A DNA stretch of 64,000 nt from Candidatus Gottesmanbacteria bacterium (GTDB lineage: Bacteria; Patescibacteriota; Microgenomatia; UBA10105; UBA927), in NCBI GenBank assembly GCA_030679255.1, contig JAUXTO010000013.1, positions 18,696 to 82,695 of the forward strand, in the 5' to 3' direction. The notes beneath the pieces are model-generated. The model did not search any database and had not been told where the DNA came from. It saw only the letters and a program-made list of their open reading frames with translations. Positions 48,552 to 58,285 of the stretch are shown one piece after another. Both the position numbers and the translations under genes were made by a program. Numbering within the stretch: position 1 is the first letter of the stretch; each line of letters starts with the position of its first letter.

Positions 48552-49791
48552 ACTTATAATAAACAAGAAGACTCATAAATAATAGTATTGAGATAACTAC
48601 ATTTACGTATGTTACTTCAAGAAGGGACCCATGATAGAGGACTATTAATACGTATTGTAAAACCGCCACTATCATCGTGATTACCCATATTCCAGTCACG
48701 CCCATTGCAAGCAGTGTTGTGAGAAGCAGTGTAGCCATCGTATAAAACATAACAAATATCCCGAACCATCCGAGGTATGGTGCAGCTCCTGCAAATGCCG
48801 GTCCGAGAGGTAAGACAACCGTTGAAGGGAATAGAAAATATATAATCGTTATCATAAGTGACATGGATCCTACGGCAATAAGTCCCAATTTAACAGATCG
48901 CCCAAAATCTTCCTTGAGTTCCTTCCGCTGAGCCACTAAAGGAAATAATACGTATCCTACTGCCGATGATGCATAAAATATAATTTTACCTAACACGGAA
49001 AGTGACGCGTATATTCCGGCATCATAGCTCGTAAAATAATGTTTAACCAATAATACGTCTTGACTATTGAGCACCGTTAACCCAAGTGTCGTCAAAAGCA
49101 CGGGAACGCCATAGCTCAACGCATCCTTCTTACTTATTGTCAACTTTTTGGCTTTAGTATGAAAAAGAAAACGTAAAGGGAAAAAATAGACTGCAAATGA
49201 ACCGATATTTGTGATGATATTAGCAATGAGTGTCCACCCGACGCCAAAAAATGCTCCGATTATTCCCGAGATCAACCGCAACAACATGCCGATATTCGAG
49301 ACCAGTGTGAGCGGCATAAACTGCTGAAAACCCTGCAGCGCCGCTCCGGCGGGCACGGCTATGGTGGACGTCGCAAAAATGACATAGATCAGAAAAAAAT
49401 AGAGATAGGAATCAATATGCAGATAAGCGGATAAAAATGGTGCAAGAGGAAATAACACTATTATTCCAACGACAGAAGCTATAGTTATTTTTTTCGTTGC
49501 CATCCAAAAAAGCGTGTTTGCCTGACCATAATCATTTCTCGCTTTGTACACCGAAAAAAACTTAAGGAGAGATATTTGTACGACACTCGTAAAAACGTTC
49601 AATATATAGAAGATCGCAAACAAAGATGATAACTCTGAATACTTTTCCGGACCAAGAATACGGCCTACAAATAAATGATATAACCAGCCGCTGAAATTGG
49701 CAGTAGTGGATCCGATAAATACGAGGGCACTATTTTTGAATAAATGGTGAGATGTAACAGCAATAAAAAATGTTTTAATTCTCTTTTGCAT
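48532..49791 (-). CDS. wzx: Wzx-type oligosaccharide flippase
   Basis: About 12 TMs; KNSALVF, GRILGPEKY, D.LLVKHYF....AGIY pattern; located in a glycan locus. Confidence 0.82.
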   Translation of the reverse strand: MQKRIKTFFIAVTSHHLFKNSALVFIGSTTANFSGWLYHLFVGRILGPEKYSELSSLFAIFYILNVFTSVVQISLLKFFSVYKARNDYGQANTLFWMATKKITIASVVGIIVLFPLAPFLSAYLHIDSYLYFFLIYVIFATSTIAVPAGAALQGFQQFMPLTLVSNIGMLLRLISGIIGAFFGVGWTLIANIITNIGSFAVYFFPLRFLFHTKAKKLTISKKDALSYGVPVLLTTLGLTVLNSQDVLLVKHYFTSYDAGIYASLSVLGKIIFYASSAVGYVLFPLVAQRKELKEDFGRSVKLGLIAVGSMSLMITIIYFLFPSTVVLPLGPAFAGAAPYLGWFGIFVMFYTMATLLLTTLLAMGVTGIWVITMIVAVLQYVLIVLYHGSLLEVTYVNVVISILLFMSLLVYYKYVTKKA

Positions 49792-49798
49792 AGAATAT

Positions 49799-50956
49799 TT
49801 AATTAGATTCTGTTATTGCAGATATTTTTTCAAAATAATTTTGTGCATTAATTATCTCACGATGACTGGGAAGTGGAAAAATATTCTTTACGTTCCCTTT
49901 AGTAGTTTTTATCTCTACGGCTTTGTAGTTCTTTTTATAATCCTCCACTATGAGATCAACTTCTTTACCACCATATTCGCGATAAAAATATAAAGAAAGT
50001 TTAGCTTTATTGTTTTTCCGTTGCTTCTCTATTTCAGACACGATAAAGTTTTCAAAAACTCCTCCCTTGTCAGGACGAAGTTCTAAATCTCGAAAATCTT
50101 TAACGAGTATGTTCCGGATCCCTAAATCATAAAAATATAATTTTCTATTGTCAGACACGGCTTTTCGTACATTTGTTCTAAACGATGGAAGCGGAATTAA
50201 AATATAGTTTTTGATAAAAATCTCAATATAATTTGAGACGGTAATCTGGTTCGCATTGAGACTTACAGCAATTTCACGGATTGATACCTCCGATCCGAGT
50301 TGCAATGCAATCTTTGTGAGAATATCGCGAGCGAGCTTTTCGTTTTTAAGATCATAAATTTCTATGACATCTTTTAACACATATGTATCCAAAATTTTTT
50401 CTAATAGATCAATCTTACCTGCCTCCGAAAGCTTATTTTGTACATATAGTTCAGGATACGCACCAAAAATTTGCAACTTAGCTTGAAGTTCTTTAAAAAA
50501 ACTATCCTTTTCGTACGAAACGAGAGGGGTATTATCGGCAATTTCTTCTATCGAAAGCGGCAGGCAATAGGACTCAATAAATCGCCCAGCCATCGTATCA
50601 AATTTCTGATTAGCTTTTTGCCGAAGTTCACTTGAGCCGGTAGCTATCACCTTGACTTTAAAGTCGTCATAGAGAAGTTTTAGCGCTACAGTTGACTCAG
50701 GAGAATTTTGCACCTCGTCAATGAGAATGACTTTATGCGTGGATACGAGCTTCTCAAGAATCTCGCGTTTCGGCAAAAATAATTCGCGGTCGGACTGATA
50801 ATCGAAATTAAAAAACGGAACGTTTAACTCTTTTGAGAGTCGTTTCAACAATGTTGTTTTCCCTGAACGACGAGGACCCCAAATGAAGAGTGTTTTGTAG
50901 GACTGTCCTTGTAAATATTCATCTACCTGAACGTCAATTGATCTTTTTAATAACAT
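49799..50956 (-). CDS. AAA_14 ATPase with DUF4143 domain
   Basis: GPRRSGKT, LIDEVQ, ATGSS, MAGR, GAYPE, KLYFYDLGIRN, FENF, EVDL..EIK. Confidence 0.9.
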   Translation of the reverse strand: MLLKRSIDVQVDEYLQGQSYKTLFIWGPRRSGKTTLLKRLSKELNVPFFNFDYQSDRELFLPKREILEKLVSTHKVILIDEVQNSPESTVALKLLYDDFKVKVIATGSSELRQKANQKFDTMAGRFIESYCLPLSIEEIADNTPLVSYEKDSFFKELQAKLQIFGAYPELYVQNKLSEAGKIDLLEKILDTYVLKDVIEIYDLKNEKLARDILTKIALQLGSEVSIREIAVSLNANQITVSNYIEIFIKNYILIPLPSFRTNVRKAVSDNRKLYFYDLGIRNILVKDFRDLELRPDKGGVFENFIVSEIEKQRKNNKAKLSLYFYREYGGKEVDLIVEDYKKNYKAVEIKTTKGNVKNIFPLPSHREIINAQNYFEKISAITESN

Positions 50957-50976
50957 ACTCGTATTTTCACTATATC

Positions 50977-51018
50977 ATTTTAATACTAATTTGCATAGTG
51001 TCAATATGCAATTTAGTA
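50977..51018 (-). promoter_or_regulatory. Promoter with palindromic operator straddling the -35 box
   Basis: TTGACA-16-TAAAAT; TACTAATTTGCATA (50984-50997) / TATGCAATTTAGTA (51005-51018) is a 13/14 inverted repeat. Confidence 0.68.
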
Positions 51019-51047
51019 CCATTTTGCCGTTGGTAAAATCATAATTA

Positions 51048-51731
51048 TTAAACAAATCTTTGATAGATAAGCGTGCCGAGAGCAATTATCCCATCCCTCC
51101 AGGTCAATTTTTTCCCTTCGGAAAACTTACGGCCAAAATAGGAAATCGGCACTTCATATATCTGATGGCCGGACTTGAGCACTTTAGCGGTAAATTCCGG
51201 CTCAAAGTCAAACCGTCGGGCGTGGATGAATATCCCGTCCAGGACCGTACGTCGAAACACTTTATATCCCGTTTCCATGTCCGTAATATTCGTATTGTAA
51301 AGGATGTTGGTCACCCATGTCACAAACTTATTGCCAAGCGCATAGAGATACATGGTCGAAAGATGCGCGCCTAAAAACCGTGATCCGTAGACGACCGTCA
51401 CCCGTGCATTGGTAAATGGCTCAAGGAGCGTAGGGTAATCTGCAGGACTATATTCTAAATCCGCATCCTGAAGGAGGATTAACTGCCCTGTCGCCTGTTT
51501 TATGCCTTCGACAATTGCAGCTCCTTTCCCCTGATTTTCTGGTTGAACGAGAAGCGTAATTTTCTTTTTCCATGGGGCAAGGATTCCCCCCGTTTTATCT
51601 GTCGAACCGTCATCTACGACAATGACCTGCTTTTTCCAACCCGCCAGACGGACGGCAAAAACGCGTTTAAGCACTTCCTCAATGGATGCTTCTTCGTTAT
51701 AGACCGGAATGATGATAGTTAATTGCTGCAT
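51048..51731 (-). CDS. GT2 polyprenol-phosphate glycosyltransferase
   Basis: IIIPVYNEE, VDDGSTD, NQGKGAA, QDADLEY, TDMETGYK, FEPE. Confidence 0.92.
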   Translation of the reverse strand: MQQLTIIIPVYNEEASIEEVLKRVFAVRLAGWKKQVIVVDDGSTDKTGGILAPWKKKITLLVQPENQGKGAAIVEGIKQATGQLILLQDADLEYSPADYPTLLEPFTNARVTVVYGSRFLGAHLSTMYLYALGNKFVTWVTNILYNTNITDMETGYKVFRRTVLDGIFIHARRFDFEPEFTAKVLKSGHQIYEVPISYFGRKFSEGKKLTWRDGIIALGTLIYQRFV

Positions 51732-51744
51732 GAAAATAATACTA

Positions 51745-52827
51745 TCACGCCAGAGCACTCTTATAAGACTCTATCGTTTCGCGGGCCACGCGCTCCCAGG
51801 AAAACTGTTGTCCCCATACGCTCTGCTTATGAATGCTATCTTTGCGATCTCGAACAGGCATCGTAAGCGCATCCATAAGTCCGCGGGCAATATCATCGGG
51901 ATCATTGGGCTCTACCACCATTGCCGGACCCGCAATTTCGATGAGGCTCCCGCCGCCTGTTGTCACGACCACAGTCCCACAGGACATCGCTTCCAATACC
52001 GGCAATCCGAATCCTTCATAAAACGAGGGTTGGATATAGACTGATGCAAGATTATATAGAGCAACTAAATCTTCCAACACTACGCCTCCCACCCTTACGA
52101 TATCATCATCAAGTTTATGAGCTGCGATATAGGCATTGATCTCATTCGCTTCAACGGATTCATGAACAAACCCTTTCCCCACAAGCACTAACTTGAGTTT
52201 TTTCAGAAGGTTGTCATTCCCGCGAAGGCGGGAATCCAGTATTTGAGATTTGATAATTTTAAATGCTTTTAACATTCCAAAAATATTTTTATTCCAGTTA
52301 ATGTCCCCTACGTACAATACAAATTTTTCCGGAAGATCATAGTTTTTCCTGACTTTTTTCAATACTTCTTTATCCGAAATCTGCCTAAACGCTGGTGCGG
52401 CTGCCAATCGGATGACGTCGATCGATTGCGGCGAAATGCCAGCCAAACGTATAATATCCCGCTTTGATGATTCAGAATCCGTAATAATGCGCGTAGTCCG
52501 ACCCAGGCTCCACCGTTGCACTTGCCACTTGAGTCTACCCCGAATCCCTGCCGGAAAATGCTCCGGAAATACAAGCGGGATGAGATCGTGCACGGTGACA
52601 ACTATGGGAAGAGTATGAAAAACCGGCAGGGCAATAAAAAACGGATCGAAATACGGATAATGGACAATATCGACATTTTTGGGTACCTTTTGTCCCCGAG
52701 TAAAAAAATGATACGAATGGTTGCCCTCATACTTCTGTAGCGCTTCAATTAATAACTTTGTGTACCTCCCCACTCCCCGGTCCTTATGTCCGGTCTCAAG
52801 AGGGGTGGTATCGATAGCGATTCTCAT
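51745..52827 (-). CDS. GT4 glycosyltransferase carrying an in-frame REP-like insertion
   Basis: RGVGRY, TVHDLIP, YVGD..WNKN, PSFYEGFGLPVLEAM. Confidence 0.92.
   Translation of the reverse strand: MRIAIDTTPLETGHKDRGVGRYTKLLIEALQKYEGNHSYHFFTRGQKVPKNVDIVHYPYFDPFFIALPVFHTLPIVVTVHDLIPLVFPEHFPAGIRGRLKWQVQRWSLGRTTRIITDSESSKRDIIRLAGISPQSIDVIRLAAAPAFRQISDKEVLKKVRKNYDLPEKFVLYVGDINWNKNIFGMLKAFKIIKSQILDSRLRGNDNLLKKLKLVLVGKGFVHESVEANEINAYIAAHKLDDDIVRVGGVVLEDLVALYNLASVYIQPSFYEGFGLPVLEAMSCGTVVVTTGGGSLIEIAGPAMVVEPNDPDDIARGLMDALTMPVRDRKDSIHKQSVWGQQFSWERVARETIESYKSALA
52213..52239. repeat. REP/RPE-like hairpin inside a CDS (encodes LDSRLRGND)
   Basis: GTCATTCCCGCGAAGGCGGGAATCCAG, identical (27/27) to 60-86. 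Confidence 0.9.
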
Positions 52828-54397
52828 ACGTATACGTAAGTATAGTGGAAGAAAGAAGCCAAAACAAACACCCAAACGATACTAAATCAACAACAATGCG
52901 GAGGGGAGTTTCAGAAAAATATGTCGTAATCATATGAGTACCGGAGCTAAAAGTGGTACTAATCATCCCCTTCTCATCCGGCGTAGCGTTTGCATCTTTT
53001 CCATCGACGAGCACGCGCCAACCGGGATAATACGCGACATGCGTACGCAGAACTCCTCCTGACGAGGAAACGACCTCTCCGGTAAACGTCGTCACTCCTT
53101 CCTCCTTCATCGTGACCAATCCAACGCCCGAAATTATTTCCATGCGCGCTTCGGGTCGATCCCTCTGCCACCCCATCCAGACGGTGGAAAATCCATTGCC
53201 GAGCGACGAGGTGCCGTCCGTAAATTCGCGTCTCGAGAGATAATAATCATCCGGCCGGACATCGTAAAGCACTGGTTTGGTATAAGAATATGAAACGAAC
53301 ACTGCGCATAACACAACACCGACTGAAATCAACGGCCAACGAATCCGGGAAAGCATCGCTGCGGTGAGAAAGGGTGTCGCGACTATCCCCACGGACAATA
53401 GCCGCCAGGGATATTGAATATTTATCAGAAACGGTATATTCTCCCAAATCGGTATACTTATCTCAAGCATGAGAAAAAATGCAACGCAGGCCGCGACAAT
53501 AAAAACGGACGCATATCTTTCCCTTCGCCAAAGCAAAATCGGCGAAATGAGGAGGATGAGCATCGGGGCAAACCCGACTTGATAGGACATTTCATCCAGT
53601 GCGTATCCGGATCCCGATAGCCCGGTCCCCCAGGAAGGGATAAGAATCTGAACCAATTGCGGAAAATGATCTCTAACGTTGACGGTATTGAGTCCCGTGA
53701 CGTATCCCCGCTCTGCGATGGCGGGTACCCAAAAATATGAAGTGAGGACAATTCCCACGATCATCCATCGCAGCATGGATCTGTCCGTCATCCATGCATA
53801 GATGAAAAGAACGGGCAGAAATATCATGGCCATGATGTTGTGGCTTACAATTATTCCGGCGACCATAAACGCGAGAAGTTTCTTTTTCCCATACGCTATA
53901 CCGGCAAGAGCCGAAAATACAAATCCAAGGGCAAGCACCTCCCCCACTGATCCCCGCACAAATATATCCACAAACCAATAGGGAACAAACGCGCCCATGA
54001 CGCTTCCGAGTACTGCTGGCAAAATTCCATATAACCGTTTCAACCAAACATAGGAAGCGGCAATTGCCAAGATATATCCCGCTGCCATAGTCAGTCGGAA
54101 CGAATCCGCAAGACTCCAGCCCAGAAGATGAAAAAACGAGCCGATATAATTCGGCAAGGGGTAGAAAAAGGAAAATAGTGGAACTCCATATCCGCTATTG
54201 AGTCCGGGTGCCCAGCGCGGAAAAAGATGACCGGAGGCGATCATGCGGCCGAATTCGTAGAATCGGATCAAATGATACTCTCCGTCATGGGTCGGTAAAA
54301 ACCCGGGCACAAAAAGCCAACGCACGGCTATCACACTGACAATGATGACTACAAGAAATCCCATCTTCGCAATAAATAGATTCCTCCTATAATTCAT
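52796..54397 (-). CDS. Polytopic GT-C-like membrane protein (PTPS-related/YfhO family)
   Basis: THDGEYH..R, PRWAPGLN.GYG.P, QYPWR, YYPGW; paralog of 59636-61315 and 61341-62987. Confidence 0.75.
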   Translation of the reverse strand: MNYRRNLFIAKMGFLVVIIVSVIAVRWLFVPGFLPTHDGEYHLIRFYEFGRMIASGHLFPRWAPGLNSGYGVPLFSFFYPLPNYIGSFFHLLGWSLADSFRLTMAAGYILAIAASYVWLKRLYGILPAVLGSVMGAFVPYWFVDIFVRGSVGEVLALGFVFSALAGIAYGKKKLLAFMVAGIIVSHNIMAMIFLPVLFIYAWMTDRSMLRWMIVGIVLTSYFWVPAIAERGYVTGLNTVNVRDHFPQLVQILIPSWGTGLSGSGYALDEMSYQVGFAPMLILLISPILLWRRERYASVFIVAACVAFFLMLEISIPIWENIPFLINIQYPWRLLSVGIVATPFLTAAMLSRIRWPLISVGVVLCAVFVSYSYTKPVLYDVRPDDYYLSRREFTDGTSSLGNGFSTVWMGWQRDRPEARMEIISGVGLVTMKEEGVTTFTGEVVSSSGGVLRTHVAYYPGWRVLVDGKDANATPDEKGMISTTFSSGTHMITTYFSETPLRIVVDLVSFGCLFWLLSSTILTYTYENRYRYHPS

Positions 54398-55997
54398 AGA
54401 CGCTCACTGATTCATCTCTATACACCACCCGCGCCAGAGTATCCATGGTGTCATTATCCAAAGTATATTGAAAATCTTTTCTCTCTTTTGGTATCACGAC
54501 ATAGCGTATAGAGTGTTTCTTCATTTCCGCAATAGTATTTTGATTGAAACTGGTTAGCCACGTATCGATTTGTTTCCTCCTGCTCCAATAATCATACCCC
54601 ATGACGGAAACATAATATTCATGTCCGAGATAGTTCTTACGACCCGTAAGCACGACGGGATCATACAGCGCGGGCTCTGCGATAAAAACACTGCCTGAAT
54701 CAGTCTTCGTGGTAATCCATTGCATAAACCTATTCTTCGGCGCATCATCAATTATTAATTGATAATCATTTTTCACAACCATGAGATTAAATAACCCTGA
54801 AGTGATCGATAGAAAAACAGTGCTCACCGTAAGAATCCTCCAAGCGATACCACGCTTCTGCCACCACGACACGATAAGATGTGCGATAAAAGGAAGTGAA
54901 AGGGCTGTCGCAAAATTTATAAGTGAATGGTTATGTTCTATCCGGTAGCTTATCTGCACCGTATTGGCAATGAGGAATAGGAGACCGGCACCGATCAACA
55001 ACCGCCTTCCTGCCTCGCTAGTCAAACGATATGCACATGGGATAAGAATGACAAAAATGCCAAGATTATATATCCAAAACATAATCCAGGAAGCCCACGA
55101 TAGCGGTTGAGGCGCGAGATACCCGGGATTCCACAGCTGGCCTAACGAAGTCGCGGATCTCATAGAAATAATTTGTATTAGATGTGGTATGGCAACCAAA
55201 AAAGCAGTGCCCACGAGTAATATCAACGCTTTATTTCTTTTTCCCAACAGGAGTGCCATCACCATGATTCCCGTCGACGCAGCGACCACAACATGAACTC
55301 TTGTGGCTGCGCCAAGCAGGAGTCCCACGATAATCCATCGGCTATCCGGTATCCGTTTATTGCCATCTGACCACCCGACGATCATCCAAATCACCCAAAC
55401 TGCTATCGCCATACCGGCTATAAGGTGCCGCTGATTGAGATATGGGGCAAGCGTCGAATATATCGTAATAACCGATCCGTCAAACGGCCCTTTGTGGATA
55501 TAATCGGGGAATCGCCAAAAATAAGAAAAAAATGAAAAATTTTTAGGTGCCTCCCTCAGAATGTCAATAAACGAAAGGTTGCCCGGTAAAACAAAGAGCA
55601 CAATGGACAATAAACCTACCACTTTTTTACCATTTGAAAATAGTATTGCCAACCGATAAAGTCCATAGAGAAGTATTGTAAGCGCAAGCGCGCTTATCCC
55701 GTTGAGCGCGAAATCTATACGTATCCCGATCCTCACCAACAGTCCCGCCAGCCAATCTACCGCGTAGTGATACACGAGTGGACGCCCTGGAAAAAATGGT
55801 GACTCAGGTCCCCTGTTTTGCCCACTAGCAAATGACCGGATGAGGCTTATGTGAAGACCAAAGTCACCGACCTCATGCCGTGCAATGCGGAATTGGGACG
55901 TACCGGCATCGTACCCAAAACTTTTGGCCATAAGCCACCAGGAAAAGAGCAAAAGAACAACTATAAGGATGGCATCACCGATGACGCGTTTTACCAT
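54387..55997 (-). CDS. Polytopic membrane protein, probable GT-C glycosyltransferase
   Basis: GDFGLH loop after TM1, YHY, many TMs, C-terminal soluble domain (LTGRKNYLG). Confidence 0.65.
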   Translation of the reverse strand: MVKRVIGDAILIVVLLLFSWWLMAKSFGYDAGTSQFRIARHEVGDFGLHISLIRSFASGQNRGPESPFFPGRPLVYHYAVDWLAGLLVRIGIRIDFALNGISALALTILLYGLYRLAILFSNGKKVVGLLSIVLFVLPGNLSFIDILREAPKNFSFFSYFWRFPDYIHKGPFDGSVITIYSTLAPYLNQRHLIAGMAIAVWVIWMIVGWSDGNKRIPDSRWIIVGLLLGAATRVHVVVAASTGIMVMALLLGKRNKALILLVGTAFLVAIPHLIQIISMRSATSLGQLWNPGYLAPQPLSWASWIMFWIYNLGIFVILIPCAYRLTSEAGRRLLIGAGLLFLIANTVQISYRIEHNHSLINFATALSLPFIAHLIVSWWQKRGIAWRILTVSTVFLSITSGLFNLMVVKNDYQLIIDDAPKNRFMQWITTKTDSGSVFIAEPALYDPVVLTGRKNYLGHEYYVSVMGYDYWSRRKQIDTWLTSFNQNTIAEMKKHSIRYVVIPKERKDFQYTLDNDTMDTLARVVYRDESVSVYEL

Positions 55998-57138
55998 AGA
56001 AGAGCGCGCTTATAGCGGGCGGCACGAATGTCACAATTTTTTTAACTAATGGCGTCATCCCGCTCCATGAGCGGGTATAAAAAAACGGAACTATCCGCAA
56101 CATGAGACCAAATGAAAATCCGTAAGACACCGCGTGGAGTAGCGTGGGTTTATCTACAAGCGCGAGAAACGTGAGTGGCCAGATGAAATACCATGCATAG
56201 ATTTCCTCACGGATTGGCGACAAAAAGAAAATCACATACATAGCGACACTCGCCCAATACCATACCTGCTGCCACAGAACATCTGGACTTATGCGAGATT
56301 CCCGGAATTGGGGCTTCTTTAATTCCGGGAATCGACTCCTACGCATAAGTCCAAATAAACACCAAATAAACACTGGGGCCAAAAATATTGTTGCTCCCTT
56401 GATGAGTATTGAAGCTACAAAAAGAAGTAGACCAAGAACATATCTTTTTTTCTTGAGCAAAAAAAAACCTCCGAGCGCCAGAGCCATCATGACGACATCA
56501 TTATGGCCATCGACAAGTGTCGAGAGCATGACCAGCGGATTGAGGGCAAAAAATGCCAAAGCCCAGGGCTTTCTTTCCGAGGCAATCCAAATGAGATAAC
56601 AAAGGACCAAATACCATACGGTTATAAAAATTTTGAAGGTAAATAACGTGAATAAGAGATTACCGGCCCCTAAAAAATGCGGAATAGCCGTGAGCGCTAT
56701 CCAGACGGGACCGTAGAGCGCCACTTTATTCGCTGCATGGAGAAAACTAAAACTCGGCTCGTTGGGCAAATCTATGGGCATAACAATGTACGGGTTTTCC
56801 CGGTAAAGAAAAGTAACTTTTGCCGTCGCAATATAATTGAAAATATCGTTTGAGAGGGCAGGATACGACCATACCAGAATGGCAATACTGCCGGCGATCA
56901 ACAGCCAAATATGTTTTGACGTCAATGATCCTTTTTTTATACGGTATAACACCCAAAAATACCATCCAAAAAGCGCGGTGACGGTAGACGTATACCAAAT
57001 GACCGGATACAGTGTTTGAAAATAAATAACGGGTTGAAGCGAAGCAATTTTGGGTAATAATGCGTTTGCGTCCACAAATCCCCATGACGGTATCGTCAAA
57101 AAAATAAGCGTTATATAGTAGAATATAGTAGCAACCAT
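55975..57138 (-). CDS. GT-C mannosyltransferase-like protein (MptA/MptB/GT87-like)
   Basis: SNDIFNY, NPY, YGPVW, FALNPL, GHNDVVM, IK, WYFIW motifs. Confidence 0.78.
   Translation of the reverse strand: MVATIFYYITLIFLTIPSWGFVDANALLPKIASLQPVIYFQTLYPVIWYTSTVTALFGWYFWVLYRIKKGSLTSKHIWLLIAGSIAILVWSYPALSNDIFNYIATAKVTFLYRENPYIVMPIDLPNEPSFSFLHAANKVALYGPVWIALTAIPHFLGAGNLLFTLFTFKIFITVWYLVLCYLIWIASERKPWALAFFALNPLVMLSTLVDGHNDVVMMALALGGFFLLKKKRYVLGLLLFVASILIKGATIFLAPVFIWCLFGLMRRSRFPELKKPQFRESRISPDVLWQQVWYWASVAMYVIFFLSPIREEIYAWYFIWPLTFLALVDKPTLLHAVSYGFSFGLMLRIVPFFYTRSWSGMTPLVKKIVTFVPPAISALFYGKTRHR
56281..56356. repeat. Nested palindromic element in frame in a membrane-protein loop
   Basis: Outer IR TGGACTTATGCG (56284-95)/CGCATAAGTCCA (56342-53); inner IR GATTCCCGGAATT (56297-309)/AATTCCGGGAATC (56321-33). 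Confidence 0.85.
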
Positions 57139-57151
57139 AACACACCATGTA

Positions 57152-58285
57152 TTAATTCAATTTTTTACGGAGACGAACGTACCACCCACACAAAACATCT
57201 GCTGCAAATATATATGCAAACGGCAGTATCGGTAATAAATATCGCGCAGAGGATTGATTTAATGAAATCATGATAAAGTAGGCAATCGTCCACAAATACA
57301 CTATTTGCTGAGCAAGAGATAAACGAAAAAATGAACGAGTGTGATTCAAAATCCAAATCCATGTCAGACCAAAAAGAACGGGCCAGCTGAAATGCCAATT
57401 CGCGTCGCGAATCACTGGCTGGTCGCCCCACCATACATGCCAACGATTAAAGAAAATTAAATCCCACACCGTAAAAAAACGATTTAATTTACTCACATTG
57501 TAGATATAACTCCACTTTTGAATCCCTAAGACACTCCACGGCGTATACCCACGATAATATATTGGAATATACGAAACAATTGCGACAACAGCGATCGATA
57601 GGTAACCGAAAATGAGCCACCCAATGAGATTTCTCTTATGAAACATAATATATGCAGTATAAATAGCCAGGAGCGGTAGAGAAATCGAAAATATTTTTGT
57701 CATCATTGCTGCTCCAAGCAATACCATGGAGATGAATATCAAAAATCCGCTTTTTTCAAGTCCTTTGATAAAAAAATAGACGGACCATATCTGAAACGTC
57801 ATCATAGGAATGTCCAACAGTGGCATAAATTTAAATTGACTCGTAATTAAAGGCTGAAATAAGATGATTATAATAAGTATCAATACGATGGGCGTCGAAG
57901 AAATAATTTCTTTTCCCAAAAAATATATACCGGTTAAAAAGAATATAAATACTACTATCATGATGATATTCGGATTATCAAATAATACGATCGACAATGA
58001 AAATAGTTGCTTCCCCAACGGTGGCGTGCCAGGATTGACATCCAATAAGCTTTCCCCCTTGAGATAGGCTCCTGCTGCATATGCATAAAGCGTCTCATCG
58101 GGAATGGATGCGGTCGGATGTATACTAATATATTGTGAATTAAGATAAGCATTTTTATATGCTTCATATCCGGCCCAATACGAACCTTGAAAATACGAAC
58201 GCGACTCATACATCAGAAATCCGAAACGGATAATGATAAATGTGACAAGGAGGATAGTTATCATCCGTGGTTTACGCCTCATCAT
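57152..58285 (-). CDS. ArnT/PMT-like GT-C glycosyltransferase
   Basis: PDETLY, TPPLGK, LLD, TK, RYLLP and multiple TMs. Confidence 0.75.
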   Translation of the reverse strand: MMRRKPRMITILLVTFIIIRFGFLMYESRSYFQGSYWAGYEAYKNAYLNSQYISIHPTASIPDETLYAYAAGAYLKGESLLDVNPGTPPLGKQLFSLSIVLFDNPNIIMIVVFIFFLTGIYFLGKEIISSTPIVLILIIIILFQPLITSQFKFMPLLDIPMMTFQIWSVYFFIKGLEKSGFLIFISMVLLGAAMMTKIFSISLPLLAIYTAYIMFHKRNLIGWLIFGYLSIAVVAIVSYIPIYYRGYTPWSVLGIQKWSYIYNVSKLNRFFTVWDLIFFNRWHVWWGDQPVIRDANWHFSWPVLFGLTWIWILNHTRSFFRLSLAQQIVYLWTIAYFIMISLNQSSARYLLPILPFAYIFAADVLCGWYVRLRKKLN

